Assembly (NCBI GenBank): GCA_013265495.1
Contig: MU058636.1
Location: 1,674,001 to 1,738,000, forward strand
DNA from: Vicugna vicugna
Lineage: Eukaryota
DNA: 64,000 nt
Reading direction: 5' to 3'
Shown: piece after piece, positions 51,978-63,945 of the stretch
Position numbering within the stretch: position 1 is the first letter of the stretch
Layout: every line of letters begins with the position of its first letter
Notes under the pieces: generated by a model
Told to the model about the DNA's origin: nothing
What the model saw: only the letters and a program-made list of their open reading frames with translations
Database searches by the model: none
Program-made: the position numbers and the translations under genes

Positions 51978-52023
51978 TCTTTCTCTCCCTGCCCACCTCT
52001 TTCTCTCCCTGCCCACCTCTTTC
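51978..52023. repeat. Perfect 20-bp tandem duplication in the GSX1 3' UTR
   Basis: TTCTCTCCCTGCCCACCTCT twice at 51981-52020. Confidence 0.9.
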
Positions 52024-52348
52024 CCATGGTGGTTTATCCACACCCCAACACACACATTTATGAACCCCTGGGTTTTGTTTTTTGTCTTTTCCTTTTTCTT
52101 CCTCTTCTGGAGGAGCCTCCTCAAAATTCAGTGGGTCCATCTGTCCTTCCATCAGACCTTGCTGTGCCCACGAGTGAAACTGCCGCCCATGGTATTCGGG
52201 TTGGGGAAACCAATTCACTGTTTCAGAGACATTCTGCATTTCCCTAAACAGAGGCGCAGCTCTCTGCCTTTGGCGACCCCTCTTCTCCCAGCCCCAGCCC
52301 CGCCCCAGCCTAGCTTGTAATTGTATGGTCTCTGTAATACCAGAAGAT

Positions 52349-52365
52349 ATTTATTTATTTATTTA
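52349..52365 (+). promoter_or_regulatory. AU-rich element (four overlapping AUUUA)
   Basis: ATTTATTTATTTATTTA directly upstream of the poly(A) signal. Confidence 0.7.
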
Positions 52366-52379
52366 TGTACAAAATTTTA

Positions 52380-52385
52380 AATAAA
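52380..52385 (+). terminator. GSX1 polyadenylation signal AATAAA
   Basis: Canonical hexamer at the AT-rich end of the UTR, preceded by TGTA motifs and followed by a T tract. Confidence 0.8.
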
Positions 52386-52699
52386 CTTTTTTTTTCTTAG
52401 AAATCCACGTAGCTTTGGACCCCAGGCCAGGTTGGGGCTTCCTGCTGGGACAAGGTTGGGGACAGATGGTGGGGTCCAGTTCCACTCCTTGCCTTGCTAC
52501 TTGTCAGCCCCTCTCTGCACTCTTAGCCCCCAGACTTCGGCTCCCACTTTCCGGAAGGGCTCCCCTGTCTCCTGTCCGGCTGGGGCCAGATGCATTCACG
52601 CAGGGAAAGCAGAGCCCAGTCCGAAGGGAAGGACAGAGCGCTCCAGGTGCTGTGCCTCTGGTCCTGCCCCTGCAGCAACCCGCTCCCGCCTGGGATCTG

Positions 52700-54480
52700 G
52701 CCCCACGTCCAGCCCCATCGGTTTGGCTGTCCCGATCACCATCCCCAAAGTCAGCGACCACACCGGCGCGAGCGGCAGAACTGACTCCTTTGCTAACTCG
52801 GATTAGTAACTTGTTACGGTGATCAGTCTTTTTGTATCTGTCGTATTTAGGGACAGATTCCCAGCAGAATGGTGCATCTTCCTCTCGGACAGACCCACTA
52901 GCTTTGGTCTGCGGCAAATTCCATTAGCGGGGTCCCTGCTCCCGCAGGCCACAATTTTGAGGATCCGGAGCGATCCCGAGCCGGGTTCCCCGCGAAGGGC
53001 CCTGCGTAGCCGGAGCCAGTGGCCCCGAGTCTCACCGATTCTTCTTACGATCCCACAGCCCCCTCCGACTTTGAATTTACACCCCAGCCCTCCTATGGAG
53101 ATATGCGGGAGTTTTACGCGTTACGTGGTGGAGATTAAGGAAGTGCGTGGGTTCCGCGGAGGCGGAGGGCGCATGGCCACCGGAGTAGGCTGTTTCTGCT
53201 GCTCAGGACATCGGATACGGGAAACAGAGGATCCCGGTTCTCACGACCTCCCAAAGCATCCCATCCCGGATCCTAGAGGCCTGGGCACTTCCTTTCCTGC
53301 CAGAAATCTCTCCGCCACACCCACCCACCCCGGGGAGCTCCGGACGTGTTTAGGCAAAGCAAACACACGGGTTCCTTTCGCCAAGAAAGGTGCTCTAGCT
53401 GAGGTTACTCAACACATGAGGCCATTTCTAAAACCTTCGATCTTTTTCTTCAGATCAGGGGAGTTCAGGGCTCTGTCTCCAGCTCCCCTAGAATAAAGGC
53501 GGGCGCGATCTGGTTCCCCACGGAGAGGCCACTCCTGGTTCCTCCTGGAGTAGATGCCTGCGTTGTGCCCCCAAAAGATGAGAGCACCCTGTCGCCCATC
53601 TCGATCAGTCTGAACCCCGGTGTCACTGGAGACCAGTTCTCCACCCTTTCAGGAGGGGCATTGTGACAATATAAACCGAAGCCGGGGTGCTTTTAGGCAT
53701 ACCGTGAATAGAATACCAACTCAAGTGTTATCAGTGATTCTGACGCTCTTCCGAGTTTCACACGGCTGACTCGCTGCTCTAAGAGCCCCTCGGTGGTGCA
53801 GTTTCGCGTCCTTCAGCTCCACCGCAACCCACCAGTCTGCCCTTTGAGGTCTAGGATCCAGCAGCAGCAGGGCCCCCAGGGGACAAGTCCATGGTGGATC
53901 CTTTGAGCCAGCACCTTCCTTGGATTATGAGGAGGGGGTGCACCTGGGACAGGCTTTTGCTGGCTCTCAGTGACACACTCCTGGGCCAGAAAAGCAGTTG
54001 CAGAGGCAGGCTTGCCGGGGAGCTGCGGGGGTAGGGGTGGGTGCGTTATTGAGCGAGATGGAAACGGAGCTTGGAGCTTTATGAAGAAGTTGGTTCGCCC
54101 CCCCAACCTCAAGCTATCTCCCATCCCTTCAGTGTTGCCATCCTCTGCAGAGGCCCCTCCTGTCCCAGCTGCTGGCAGAAGCTGCAGACCCCCTGCTGCG
54201 CAACCTGTCCACACGGGTCCAGTTCCTCTGGGAGCGCGCCTATCTTCCTCTCAGCGTCCTCTACCCAAGGCTTCGTTTCCCCGTCCCGCTCCCAGAAAAA
54301 CAGCCTTTTTGCTTTCTGGTGGGCTGTCCGGGAGAGCGCCAGGAGAAAACGTAGCCTCCTTGCAGCTGTCGCAGTGGTTACCCAGGCTGCGACAAGAGCG
54401 CGGCGCTGGGGAGCGTGGACGCGGCTGCAGCGTGCGGGTGGCTCCCGGCATCTATCCGTGACCTGCAGGGGCTGCGACCT
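52700..54480. promoter_or_regulatory. Downstream CpG-enriched region
   Basis: CpG-rich patches at 52750-53600 and 54200-54480 with no recognisable repeats. Confidence 0.55.
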
Positions 54481-54799
54481 GCTTTTGAGTCCCAACACGC
54501 TTTGGTTTGCACACTCCTTACTCTGCAGCCCTTCTAAGTCTCGTTCCAGACCAACTCCACTGCCTGGGTTGGGGCCAGGGCAGGGTGGGCCTGTGGGAAC
54601 TGGAGCTTCTCATGTAGGGAGACAGAATCCAGTCTTTAAGCCCACCCTGCTTTGAGCTGGAATCTGGGGCTTGCAAGGCAAATTGTGAAATTAAAATCAT
54701 ACTGAGTTAACGGGACGAATTTCCTGGAAATTATCATTGTGTGACTAATCCACATAGAGACTTGAGTTTATTTCTGGGTCAGCATCTTTCTTTTCTTTG

Positions 54800-55040
54800 T
54801 GGTTTAGTGGTTAAGAGTTTGGACCCTAGACTCCAAGTGAAGGGTTTTGCAACCCATTTCCACCATTTGCTGACAAGCTGGGTAATCTTGGGCAAGCCAC
54901 TGGGTCTCCCTAAGCCTCAGTTTCTTTGTCTGTAAATTGGGATTCTGTTCAGTTTCTTTGCAGGGCTGTCATGCAACAATAAAGGATGAAATCCACATAA
55001 AATGCTAAGCAGAAGGTCTGCCGAGTTTCAACAAATGTTA
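54800..55040 (+). mobile_element. MIR SINE
   Basis: tagtggttaagagtttggac...agctgggtaatcttgggcaagccactgggtctccctaagcctcagtttctttgtctgtaaattggg. Confidence 0.75.
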
Positions 55041-55295
55041 ACTAACATGGCTGTTGTTGTTTGCTGTGCCTGTAGCCGTGCATGGGGCATAGTTACTGAA
55101 TGTTAGAAAGTGACCACTCACACGCAGGCTGAGACCAGAACTGAATCTACCTCTGAGGGGCTGGAGGACGTAAACAAATGCAAACATTCCCAGGACTCGC
55201 TGGAGTGAGCCATTCAGAGACTCAGTGAGGACGCCAGGCACTGCCCACGTGCTGAGAATCACTGAGGTCCACGCAGGGCCCTCTTCCCATTTAGA

Positions 55296-55531
55296 CCAGT
55301 TCCTCAACCTCCTCGCTATCGACATTTGGGGCTAAATAATTCTTCCTTGTGGTGACTGTCCTGCACTGCACGTTGTAGAATGTTTTGAAGCATCCTTAGT
55401 TAGTCTCTACCCACTAGAGGCCAGTAGCACCCCTCTCCTGAGTTATGACCACCAAAAATGTCTCCAGACACCACCCAATGTCTCTGGGGGAACATTTCAG
55501 TCTGAGATCCACTCTCAGGTTGAGAAGCACT
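55296..55531. mobile_element. MER20 hAT-Charlie DNA transposon fossil
   Basis: tcctcaacct...atcgacatttggggctaaataattctt...ctctacccactagaggccagtagcacccc...gaccaccaaaaatgtctccagaca...gttgagaagcact. Confidence 0.85.
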
Positions 55532-56021
55532 CCTTGAGACTCGTATACCTTCCGCTGAAGGCGGCCAGTCTGCAGGGGCCAGGATTTGGTAGCCTACTTC
55601 CAGGCACACCCTCCCTCTTCTCCTTCAGTCATCCCTCATGGAATACTTGGGCCTTCTTCACCAGGGCACTGACTGTGAGCTCAGCTCAGGAGGGGTGTGA
55701 GAGGAGGAGGGGGAAAGAGACAATGGGACGGGAGAGGAGACACTGAAGATGCTGACACAGCAGGAGCATGCCAGCGAGTCTGGACACCCTGGACATCTGG
55801 GTTGAAAGGGTGACTCAGTCAGAGGCGCACTGGGTGAGCAGAGTTTATAGAACCACCAGGGACTTTCCCAGAACATTCTATCCATTTGCCTCATGACCTG
55901 TAGACAGCTGGGCTCCCTCTGCAGTTATGCCCACGGGTACCCACAAGACCAAACCTTTGGGGGGGGAATTTCAGAAGCTTGAATGGTATCCCCAGTCACA
56001 GACACAGATACACGTGCGTGT

Positions 56022-56041
56022 GCACACACACACACACACAC
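56022..56041. repeat. (CA)n microsatellite
   Basis: Seen directly. Confidence 0.85.
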
Positions 56042-56527
56042 TCACCACCACTATTACGGTTCTGTCTGGAACAAAACCTTATCTGTTTTGCCAACGTCTG
56101 TAAGTCTGAAACTAGAAATCAATTCTTTTTGACTAAGGTCTCCTATATTTGGTTCAGCACACGGACCCCTGAGAGGAGTTACCATTGAGCATGTTATTCA
56201 CTTTTTCTAAGAAAAGACTCTGGAAGTGCAAAGGAGAGGAAAGCCCCTGGAGGTACAAGAGCAACAATGGAGGCAGAGGTCAGGGGGAGGGTCCCAGAAG
56301 CCTCCCTGGCCTGGGTCAGCAATGTCTGGGGCCACGTGCCCCCCGCCCCCTCGGACCTGAGCTCTAGGGCTGAGCAAGTGTGCTGAGCAGACCATTCCAG
56401 AACTGGACTCACCCACAGAGTCAGGAATAAGCTGCTTCCACTGAGGCAGTATCTTCTCCACCCAGAGATTCCCCTGTCTTGTATGTGGTGATCAACAAGT
56501 GGTCTTCTAATGCAGACATCCTAATAG

Positions 56528-56530
<3 letters not shown>

Positions 56531-56560
<30 letters not shown>
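56531..56560. repeat. (GT)n microsatellite
   Basis: Seen directly. Confidence 0.95.
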
Positions 56561-56561
<1 letters not shown>

Positions 56562-57093
56562 GGAGAGGCTAGAACAAAGAAAGGAGGAGAAATTTGGTGG
56601 CCCTGGGAGGAGAACCAGGTTACCCTGCTTTAGATTGTGCTGTCACTATGAATCCAAGCCCTGATTCTTCCAGAAAGCTCCCTTGAAACATCCAAGAAAT
56701 CCAAGGCCTTGAGCCTGACACCTCACTGCCTGGCATCTAGGTCTCCGTCTGTGAGTGGGCCTTCCTTCCCAGCTCGAGACGAAGTGCGGCCAAGGCACAC
56801 TGGGGAGGTGTTCAACTGGGCGTCTGTTTCTGGCAGTCGGGAGTGAGGAAGGTGTTGCACTCAGGAGCCCACCCGGAGCCGCCAGGGTCAGGGGCCAGGA
56901 TCAGATCGGGTACGAGTGTGTGAGCGCAGGCTGGGCCAGGCGCCCTGCAATGAGGCGCTCCTCTTGTGGGTCCCACGGAGCTCCAGGCTTTTGGATCTGT
57001 GAGGCAGGGGCTAACTCCATTCCCAGTGGGTGCCAGGGAGAGGCACGTGTCTGTCTCTTTGAGACCACGATGCTGTGATTTTCTCGAGTAGCT

Positions 57094-57473
57094 CTGTTAT
57101 TGGCCAAATTGTACCCTTACCCCCAATTTATATGTTGAAGCCCTAACCCACGGTATCTCAGGATGTAACCACATTCGGAGATGGGGTCTTGGAAGAGCTG
57201 ACTAAGGTGAGATGAGGTCATAAGGGTGGGGCCCTCATCCAACGTGACTGGAGTCCTCATAAGAAGAGGATGACACAGCAGGCATGAGCACACCCAGAGG
57301 GACAAGCACTTGAGGACACAGGGAGAAGACAAACCTGGGAGAGCAGCCTCAGGAGAAACTAACCCTGCCTTGATCTTGGGACCTCCAGCCTCCATAACAG
57401 AGAAAACACATTTCTGTCGTTAAGCCGTCCAGGCTGTGGCAGTTTACATGGCAGCCTCTGCAGACTAAGATAC
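57094..57473 (+). mobile_element. MaLR solo LTR (MLT1B/C-like)
   Basis: tgttattggccaaattgtaccc...tatatgttgaagccctaacc...gatgaggtcataagggtggggccctcatccaacgtgactggagtcctcataagaagagg...ggcagcctctgcagactaaga. Confidence 0.88.
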
Positions 57474-57544
57474 ATTCCGATCTGGGTGAGCGTTCTCTAG
57501 ACACCCGCTCCTGGACTAATGTAAGAACATAAGAAGAACATAGA

Positions 57545-57680
57545 GGAAAGAGCACTGGGCTGGGGGTCTGCAACCTGAGGTCCAGCCCCAGTGATGCCAC
57601 CAACCAATTCTATAACTTTGGACCAATCACGATCCTCCTGGATCTCGGCTTCCTCGTCTGTAAAGTCAGGGGATACAACT
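57545..57680 (+). mobile_element. MIR SINE (degraded)
   Basis: gaaagagcactgggctgggggtctg...ataactttggaccaatcac...ctcggcttcctcgtctgtaaa. Confidence 0.6.
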
Positions 57681-60600
57681 GACCTGAGTGGGGTTTCTTC
57701 TTTTTCTGATCAGCATCCATTCCCCCGTTTCTAATTAGCATCTAGATTTTGTTTTGTCGAATGTAAATTAAGGTCGATTCTGGAAAAGAGCAGCCATCCA
57801 CTGAGGTAGACATTTGCACATTGTGGGAGTTCTCCACAGCCAGGGTCCCATTTTCCACCACAAAATCCAATGGGGACTTGATATCTACTGCTACCTCCCT
57901 CCCCAGCAAATCAGGTGTGGGCACGGGACCTGGACCCAACATTTTCCCCAGAAGCCTGAATCCAGGGCAACTGAGGACTCTGAGTGACTTAGAAATCCGT
58001 GAGACACATGAACTACTGAGATCCTGCACAGGATTGTGAACAGACCTGGGACAAGTATGACTGTTCTGTCCCTGGAACCGAGTCTCAGTTCTGACCAGGC
58101 GGCCAGTCCTGTTTTTACGTAGGAGTCCCTGGACCAGGGCTTTCAGGCTGCTGCCCACACACTCCCTTTGGATGCCATGGGGCATTTAGACTCCGGTGGA
58201 TGGTTTCAGAATTCACCATCCAGATGTTATAGCACGAATCACAGTTGGAGCATGAGCTGGCCTCCCCCTGGAGCCACACTGGGCTCCTGGGGCAGCAGGA
58301 ATGGTGCCTCCTCCCATTTCCACACCTGCAGGGAAGCCATGCTCAGGCCTGAACGGAGACTCAGGACACGACCTCTCTGTTTTTCCTGCCTGGCCCGGCC
58401 CCTTGGAGGTGGCTGTCCCTCTTGGACACACATTCATGAATCTGCTCAGTCTGGGTGGTACTCTGCTCTTACACACCAGGGAGGAGACACTCTAAAGTCT
58501 CACCTGTCTCTAAGACGCTGCATGGTAGTTAGGAATGTCCTAGAGGTACTCAGTAACCCTTCTAATCACAGTCCTTCTCAGCGCGAGCGTCAGAAAAGGA
58601 ATGCAAGCTAAAAAGTGTCGGCTGGTTCACAAAACCAATTTAGTTCCTAGTGGAACTAAGAGGGGTTCAGGGACGTGGCGATGTCGGGGAGACAGGTGAC
58701 CCTCTCCACTCGTCCCTTGGCTTTGCTCCTCTCTGCACATTGGCCTCCTCCTTTCCTTGCTGTGGAGGCTTTGTCCCTGAAGGTGGGAGTATGGGGCTGG
58801 GGGGGGTGCAAAAAGGGGCAATGGCAAGAGTCAGCTCCAGGCTTAGGGCATGCCAGCTAAATGGCCTCAACAAAAATGCATGAACACGTCTCTCTCCCAG
58901 AGTCCTATGGTGATGACCGGAGTGGTGGCAGGAGTTGTCCAAGGTGGTAACCCCAGCGGTGGCCATCCTAACCACAGATCCGCTCTATGCCAATCCTGGA
59001 GCTGTGGGCAGGGGTGGCTCCCAGCGGGATGCCACGGCTGGAGGCCCAGGAGAACACAGGAAATGGGGCCTGTTAACTTACTGCCCATCCAAGGTAAACA
59101 GCCTGGCTAAGAGAGCTCAGACACCACAGCCTCCTCTCCTACCCACCCCGATCTCCAAGCCTAGTGGCTGCAAAAGTGATTCAAAAAATAAAACACCCAG
59201 CCATTTGGAAAGTTGCATCGGACACAAAATCTGGCACTTTCCCATGTAATACCTGCAAACTTGGCTCTTCTGAGGGATTCTTACGTTCCTTTCCTCTGGG
59301 GACAAACAGGCAGGAGGGTCTCACTGAACAACAGCTCAAACCCCAGCCCCTCTTCTGAGAGAGCCCTGGATCACCCATTCACAGCACTTTTCCCCGTTAC
59401 ACTCTTAAAACTGGGAAATTGCACAGAACTATGTGTTTCTGTCACCTGGGCACTGATGCCTAGCGCCCCTAGATTAAGGTCTTCTCAGGAGCCACTGTGC
59501 AGAGGAATGCCAGCTGTAAGCAAGCCGCCCAAACACCGCCGTGCTCCTGCCTCCCTCCGACGTGCACGGGAGTGCGCTCTGCTTTGCTCTAACGGCCTCT
59601 GATCTATCTGTGGCCACATAATTTCTCTTCATGACCCTGGCCCAACCCACCAAGCATCGTCTGACACATTGCTGGATAACCACAAACCCATTTCCCTCCA
59701 GCATCTTTTAATCAAAATGTTAATTTGTGCATGCCCAAGTTAACTCCATTTCAGCCCAGAGAGAAGGGTTTCAACTTTAAAGGGATTTGGGGATTCTTTC
59801 ACCAACTTAAGGCTTTTTGGGGATACGGTTTGTATGAAAGATGCTTCAGAAAATGAAGTTGTCACATATTGTACGTATAAATAAACCTTTCAGCGCCCTG
59901 GCAGAACCCAAGCTCAGTGGGGCTGGAAAAGCATTCTGGGTATTGGCATGCAAATGAGCGTGTCAACAGCGGTTACCGCGCACCTCGGAGTGGTAAACAA
60001 GCTGATTGTCATGGGAAATGTAGTCGGCGGCTCTATTTGAAACTGTTTTGCAAATCCCTTGTTTGGATAGATTTCTGAATGTTGAGTTTGTGAACTCAGT
60101 AATACAGCTTAATACCAAATTCCCGGTCACACTGTCTTTGGATGGCTGACAGGGCTGTGCACACCATAAAGGGCCCTACAAGCCAGCGTGCCCAATCAGG
60201 CTCGGAGCGCACAGACAGAAGGCTGGCGTGAGCAGTAGGCCACAAGCAGAAAATGGCCGGGTGCGGACGTGCGTGCGGGCCCCACACCACCGGCTGTGCC
60301 CTGCCTTGGCCAGGGCTCTCTTTGCCCGGAGCTGTTCCGTCTCTCCCACTCCCAACCTGGCAAAGTCCGATTCAGCCTGCTCTAGGAAGCCTTCCACATC
60401 CTCCCCGGTGGGACTAGCCCGTCCATCTCAGCACCACCACCCCCAGCCCGTTCTGGCCTCAGTGCAGCATCACCTGGTTCACTCAATGGATGGGTCCAGG
60501 GCGTGGTCCATGCCAGGTGCCTGGCTGGGCCCTGACCACATCGTGCAGCTCTTTGCATCCCCATGTGTCTCCCCACCCAAATGCCTGCTCCTCTAGGAAA

Positions 60601-61245
60601 GAGGCTGGGTCTGACCCCAGTGTGTCTCCAGGGCCTGGCCCTCAGCAGGCACCGTGTGTGTGTGCACAGGGGAAGATGAAGGAAGTAAAAATACTGGATC
60701 CTGAAATTCTCCTCCATGCACGTTCCCTCCTGCTTGCAACCCCTGACCCTCCCTGCTTGCCCCCCACCCTGGCTCACCCAGGAGGACGGGGTCTGCTTCC
60801 ACCTTCAGCTGCCCCAGGAAGCACCTCCACGGTTCCCTGCCCACCTTTTGCTTCAAACTCACTTGAGGCCTCTGTCAACCTCCTCAAAACCTACTCCTTT
60901 GAAGGGCCCACTGTCCAGGATGCCGGCCCTGAAGACTCCTTCCTCGGAAAAGGAGATCTGCTGCCCATCAGCCACTTGCCTGTGATCCCCGGAGGAGGAG
61001 GAACGGGCAGCTGTTCCGTCCTGAGGGGGTCGGGTCCGGGGGCACAGCTGATGTGGAGAGCAGCTCTGCAGGCAACTGTGTGATGGACCTGACTGAGGAG
61101 GGAGCAGACATGAGGTGTGAACTAGGTGGCTGCTCCTTGGCCGTGTTTGGGTAGAAGTTCGGTTATGGAGCTGAAAATGCCCATAGCCTTGTTCGGAAAT
61201 AACCTGGCTCCCTGTCTGGGTCTGCCTCCGCTTCTGTGTGTCTCC

Positions 61246-61601
61246 TGTTATGGTTTGGGGTTGAATCGTGACGTACTTTGTGTACACATCATGGTATGTA
61301 CATGGTATGCACCCCCCAGAGTCCATAACCCCCAGCACCCCAGAGGTGACCAAGTCAAAACGAGGCTGTCGGAGCAGGCCCTGATCTGTTCTGACTGGTG
61401 TCCTTACAAGAAGAGGAAGTCTGGACACAGACACACACACCCAGCGACAAAGAGCCTGTGTGAGGACAAGGCAAGAGAGAAAGAACCTCAGGAGAAACCA
61501 ACCTGATCTCAGCCTCTAGCCTCCAGGGCTGGGAGGAAACAGATCTCTGTTGCTCAAGCCCCCGCCCGTGGGGCTTTGTGACGGAAGCCCGAGCTAAGAC
61601 A
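61246..61601 (+). mobile_element. MaLR solo LTR (MLT1-like, internally deleted)
   Basis: tgttatggttt...gactggtgtccttacaagaagagg...tgtgaggaca...cctcaggagaaaccaacc...gcctccagggctgggagg...gagctaagaca. Confidence 0.75.
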
Positions 61602-62099
61602 TCCGTGATGTGTTCAGCTCTCTCTCCATGCAGAGACACCTCTGGGCATGGAATCAGCTCCTCAGTCAGACGTGGGAATTCTGACGGGGCTGCCTCCGTG
61701 TAAAGGCCAGCACGGGCTGCCCCTCCCGGGGTGGGGCCTCTTCCAGGCATGCCCAGGCACAGTGAGGCAGAGGCGAGGTGGACAGTCCAGCAGCCACGGA
61801 CCCTGGTGCCTCTCCTGAACGTCCCAGCCGACTCTGAGCCTCCCAGCCTTGCTCATGCACTCATGTCCAACAAGCACTTGCTGAGCACCAACTCGTCTAC
61901 GTATCGGGTAACAGTGAGAAAAACTACCCTGGCATGAAACTTGCATGAGAGAGAGACAGACTTAAAGCAAGTCGCTGCAAATTGGAGGAAAAGCCACCAC
62001 CCGCTGCAGAAAGCAGAAGAGAAAAAATCTGGCTGGAGGCAAGGGGCAAAGCGGCTTGAGCTGGGGGTGGAGCAGTAAGAAAGCTCATATTATAAGGAG

Positions 62100-62640
62100 A
62101 CTTAAGGTTGGGGTAAGGGGGTAAGCAGTTCGAGGAGGAGACTTTGAGCTAAGACCTGAACGGTGAGAAGGACGTGGTCATGGGCAGGGAGCAAGCAGGA
62201 AGAGTAGGGGCCTTAAAGGGGCAGAAGGAAGGCCAGTGGGAGGTGGACCAGGCGTGAGCCCAGGCGTCTGTCCGGCCGGAGGCTGCGGGGTCTCCTGAGC
62301 CATGGGAAGGGGCTGAGTCTAAGCCTGCGGGATGAGAAGGTGTTGGAAGGTTTAAGCAGGGGAGTGAAACACCGGGATAAGGCAGAAGAGAGAAAGAAGG
62401 CTCTGGCCGCAAAGAAGAATGAATTGTAGCAGGGAGAGGGATGGAGGCAGTTTCCACTATCCGATCCTGGAGGGAGACTGTGGAGGCTGGGCCGTGGGGG
62501 TGGTGAGAAGCGATGGGTTCAGAGGTACTTTGGAGGCTGAGCTGATCAAGCAACTGGCTGTACGGAATGTGAGATGTCAGTCTGAAAGCCATCAGGAAGG
62601 CCAGTCTGGAAGCCCTGGGCTGAACAAGGACAGAGGACGT
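62100..62640 (-). mobile_element. LINE-2 body fragment
   Basis: gactttgagctaagacctgaa...tggaaggtttaagcagggga...tttggaggctgagctga is purine-rich reversed L2. Confidence 0.55.
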
Positions 62641-62719
62641 GAGCTGGGAGACTTCAGGGCTCGGAGTCTGTGGAGAGAGGGGAGGGCCGTGAGGTGCAGG
62701 CGGAGGAGCTCAGGCAGTG

Positions 62720-62920
62720 GGCTGGGATCTCAGCCTCCCACTGCTGGCACTTTCCTCGGGGGGCGTCCTGTGCGCTGGAGGGTGTTTAGCAGCACCCCTG
62801 ACCTCTACCCACGAGATACCAGGAGAGCCTCCCTCCCACCGTGGTGACAACCAGAAGGTCTCCAGATGTGGCCAAATGTCCCTTGGGGGCAAGATCACCT
62901 TCAGCTAAGAAGCCCACTGT
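62720..62920. mobile_element. MER20 fossil (second copy)
   Basis: gtgtttagcagcacccctgacctctacccacgagatacca...gtgacaaccagaaggtctccagatgtggccaaatgtcccttggggg. Confidence 0.8.
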
Positions 62921-63209
62921 TGGAGAGAAAGAGCTGGCGTCCAGAGGTGGGGGGCTGTCTAAGGGAGGAGAAGGGGGCTCTGAGTCGGACCACCTCCTGC
63001 TGGCGGGGTGACTGCTGCAATCAGTTCCACTGCTCTTTGCTGCACGTTTATCAGTAAGGTGAGGAGCGCAGGGCCACCTCGTTCAGAAGGTGAGAGGGAC
63101 CATTAAAGGTGTCAACACAGCCAACACTTAGAACAAGGCCTGGCACACTGTTAACAGTCGGTAAATTGTTTTACAAAGTGCTGTGGTGGGGGATGAACAG
63201 GGAGCCTGC

Positions 63210-63272
63210 ACACACCTCTCACTCACATCACACACACATACCTCACACACACCACACACACCACACACACAG
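63210..63272. repeat. CA-rich degenerate repeat
   Basis: Seen directly. Confidence 0.8.
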
Positions 63273-63799
63273 GCACCAGAGTGTGCACCTTACACTCAGG
63301 GACCAGCACCTGCTGGAGGTCTCCTCTCTGCTCAGCCCTGGGGGGGAGTAGGACTCATGAGGGGAAGGGCTTTGGGTGGACAAGATGGGGTGTCCCAGGA
63401 TGAGGAAAAGTGTGCAGATGTCCAGGGGGCCCGGCAGGGAGGTTGGCATGCACAGTAAATGACAGGTGGTGGAGCCCGAGAGAAGGTGGTTGGGCAGGAA
63501 GAGTGAGGAAGCGGAGCCACATGAAGCCACGTGCAGGAGCTGGATGTCACCTGAGGCCAACAAGAAGCCACACAGTGTCTGGCTGACAAACGTGAGCAGA
63601 GGGAACATGGAGCAGTGATTCTGGCCAGAGAGCAGCTGGCGGGGTCAGGCGGAGCCTCTGTGAGGACTTTGTTCTTGGTGTCCGCCCCTGCTGGGCCGGC
63701 CCTCCTCAACTTACCTACCCCTTCTCCTGACCTGGGCTCTTCTCCTCCTTTACACTCTCTTCAGTCCCCTGGCTTTAAAAGCCACGTTCCAAAGTGAGT

Positions 63800-63945
63800 C
63801 ATGTATTCACTCAACAAACCTCTGAGGCCAATGATCTGTCCGGCCCTGTTCTTGGTGCTCAGGCTACACTGAAGAAGGCAGACAAAACGCCTGCCTTCCT
63901 GGAGCTCCTGTGCTAGATGGGGGAGACAGGTAATAAACAATAAAC
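63800..63945 (-). mobile_element. LINE-2 3' end
   Basis: attcactcaacaaac...ccctgttcttggtgctcaggctaca...cctgccttcctggagctcctgtgctagatgggggagacag. Confidence 0.6.

Larger units (their letters stand above)
51549..52405 (+). other. GSX1: GSX1 3' UTR
   Basis: Runs from the stop codon to just past AATAAA (52380-52385). The cleavage site is estimated. Confidence 0.7.

Noticed and set aside
52819..54655. 225-, 163- and 194-aa ORFs downstream of GSX1
   Set aside because: No recognisable homology, mostly non-ATG starts, GC-rich chance frames.
55411..55424. CTCF-like CCACTAGAGGCC
   Set aside because: It is part of the MER20 body and deviates from the core.
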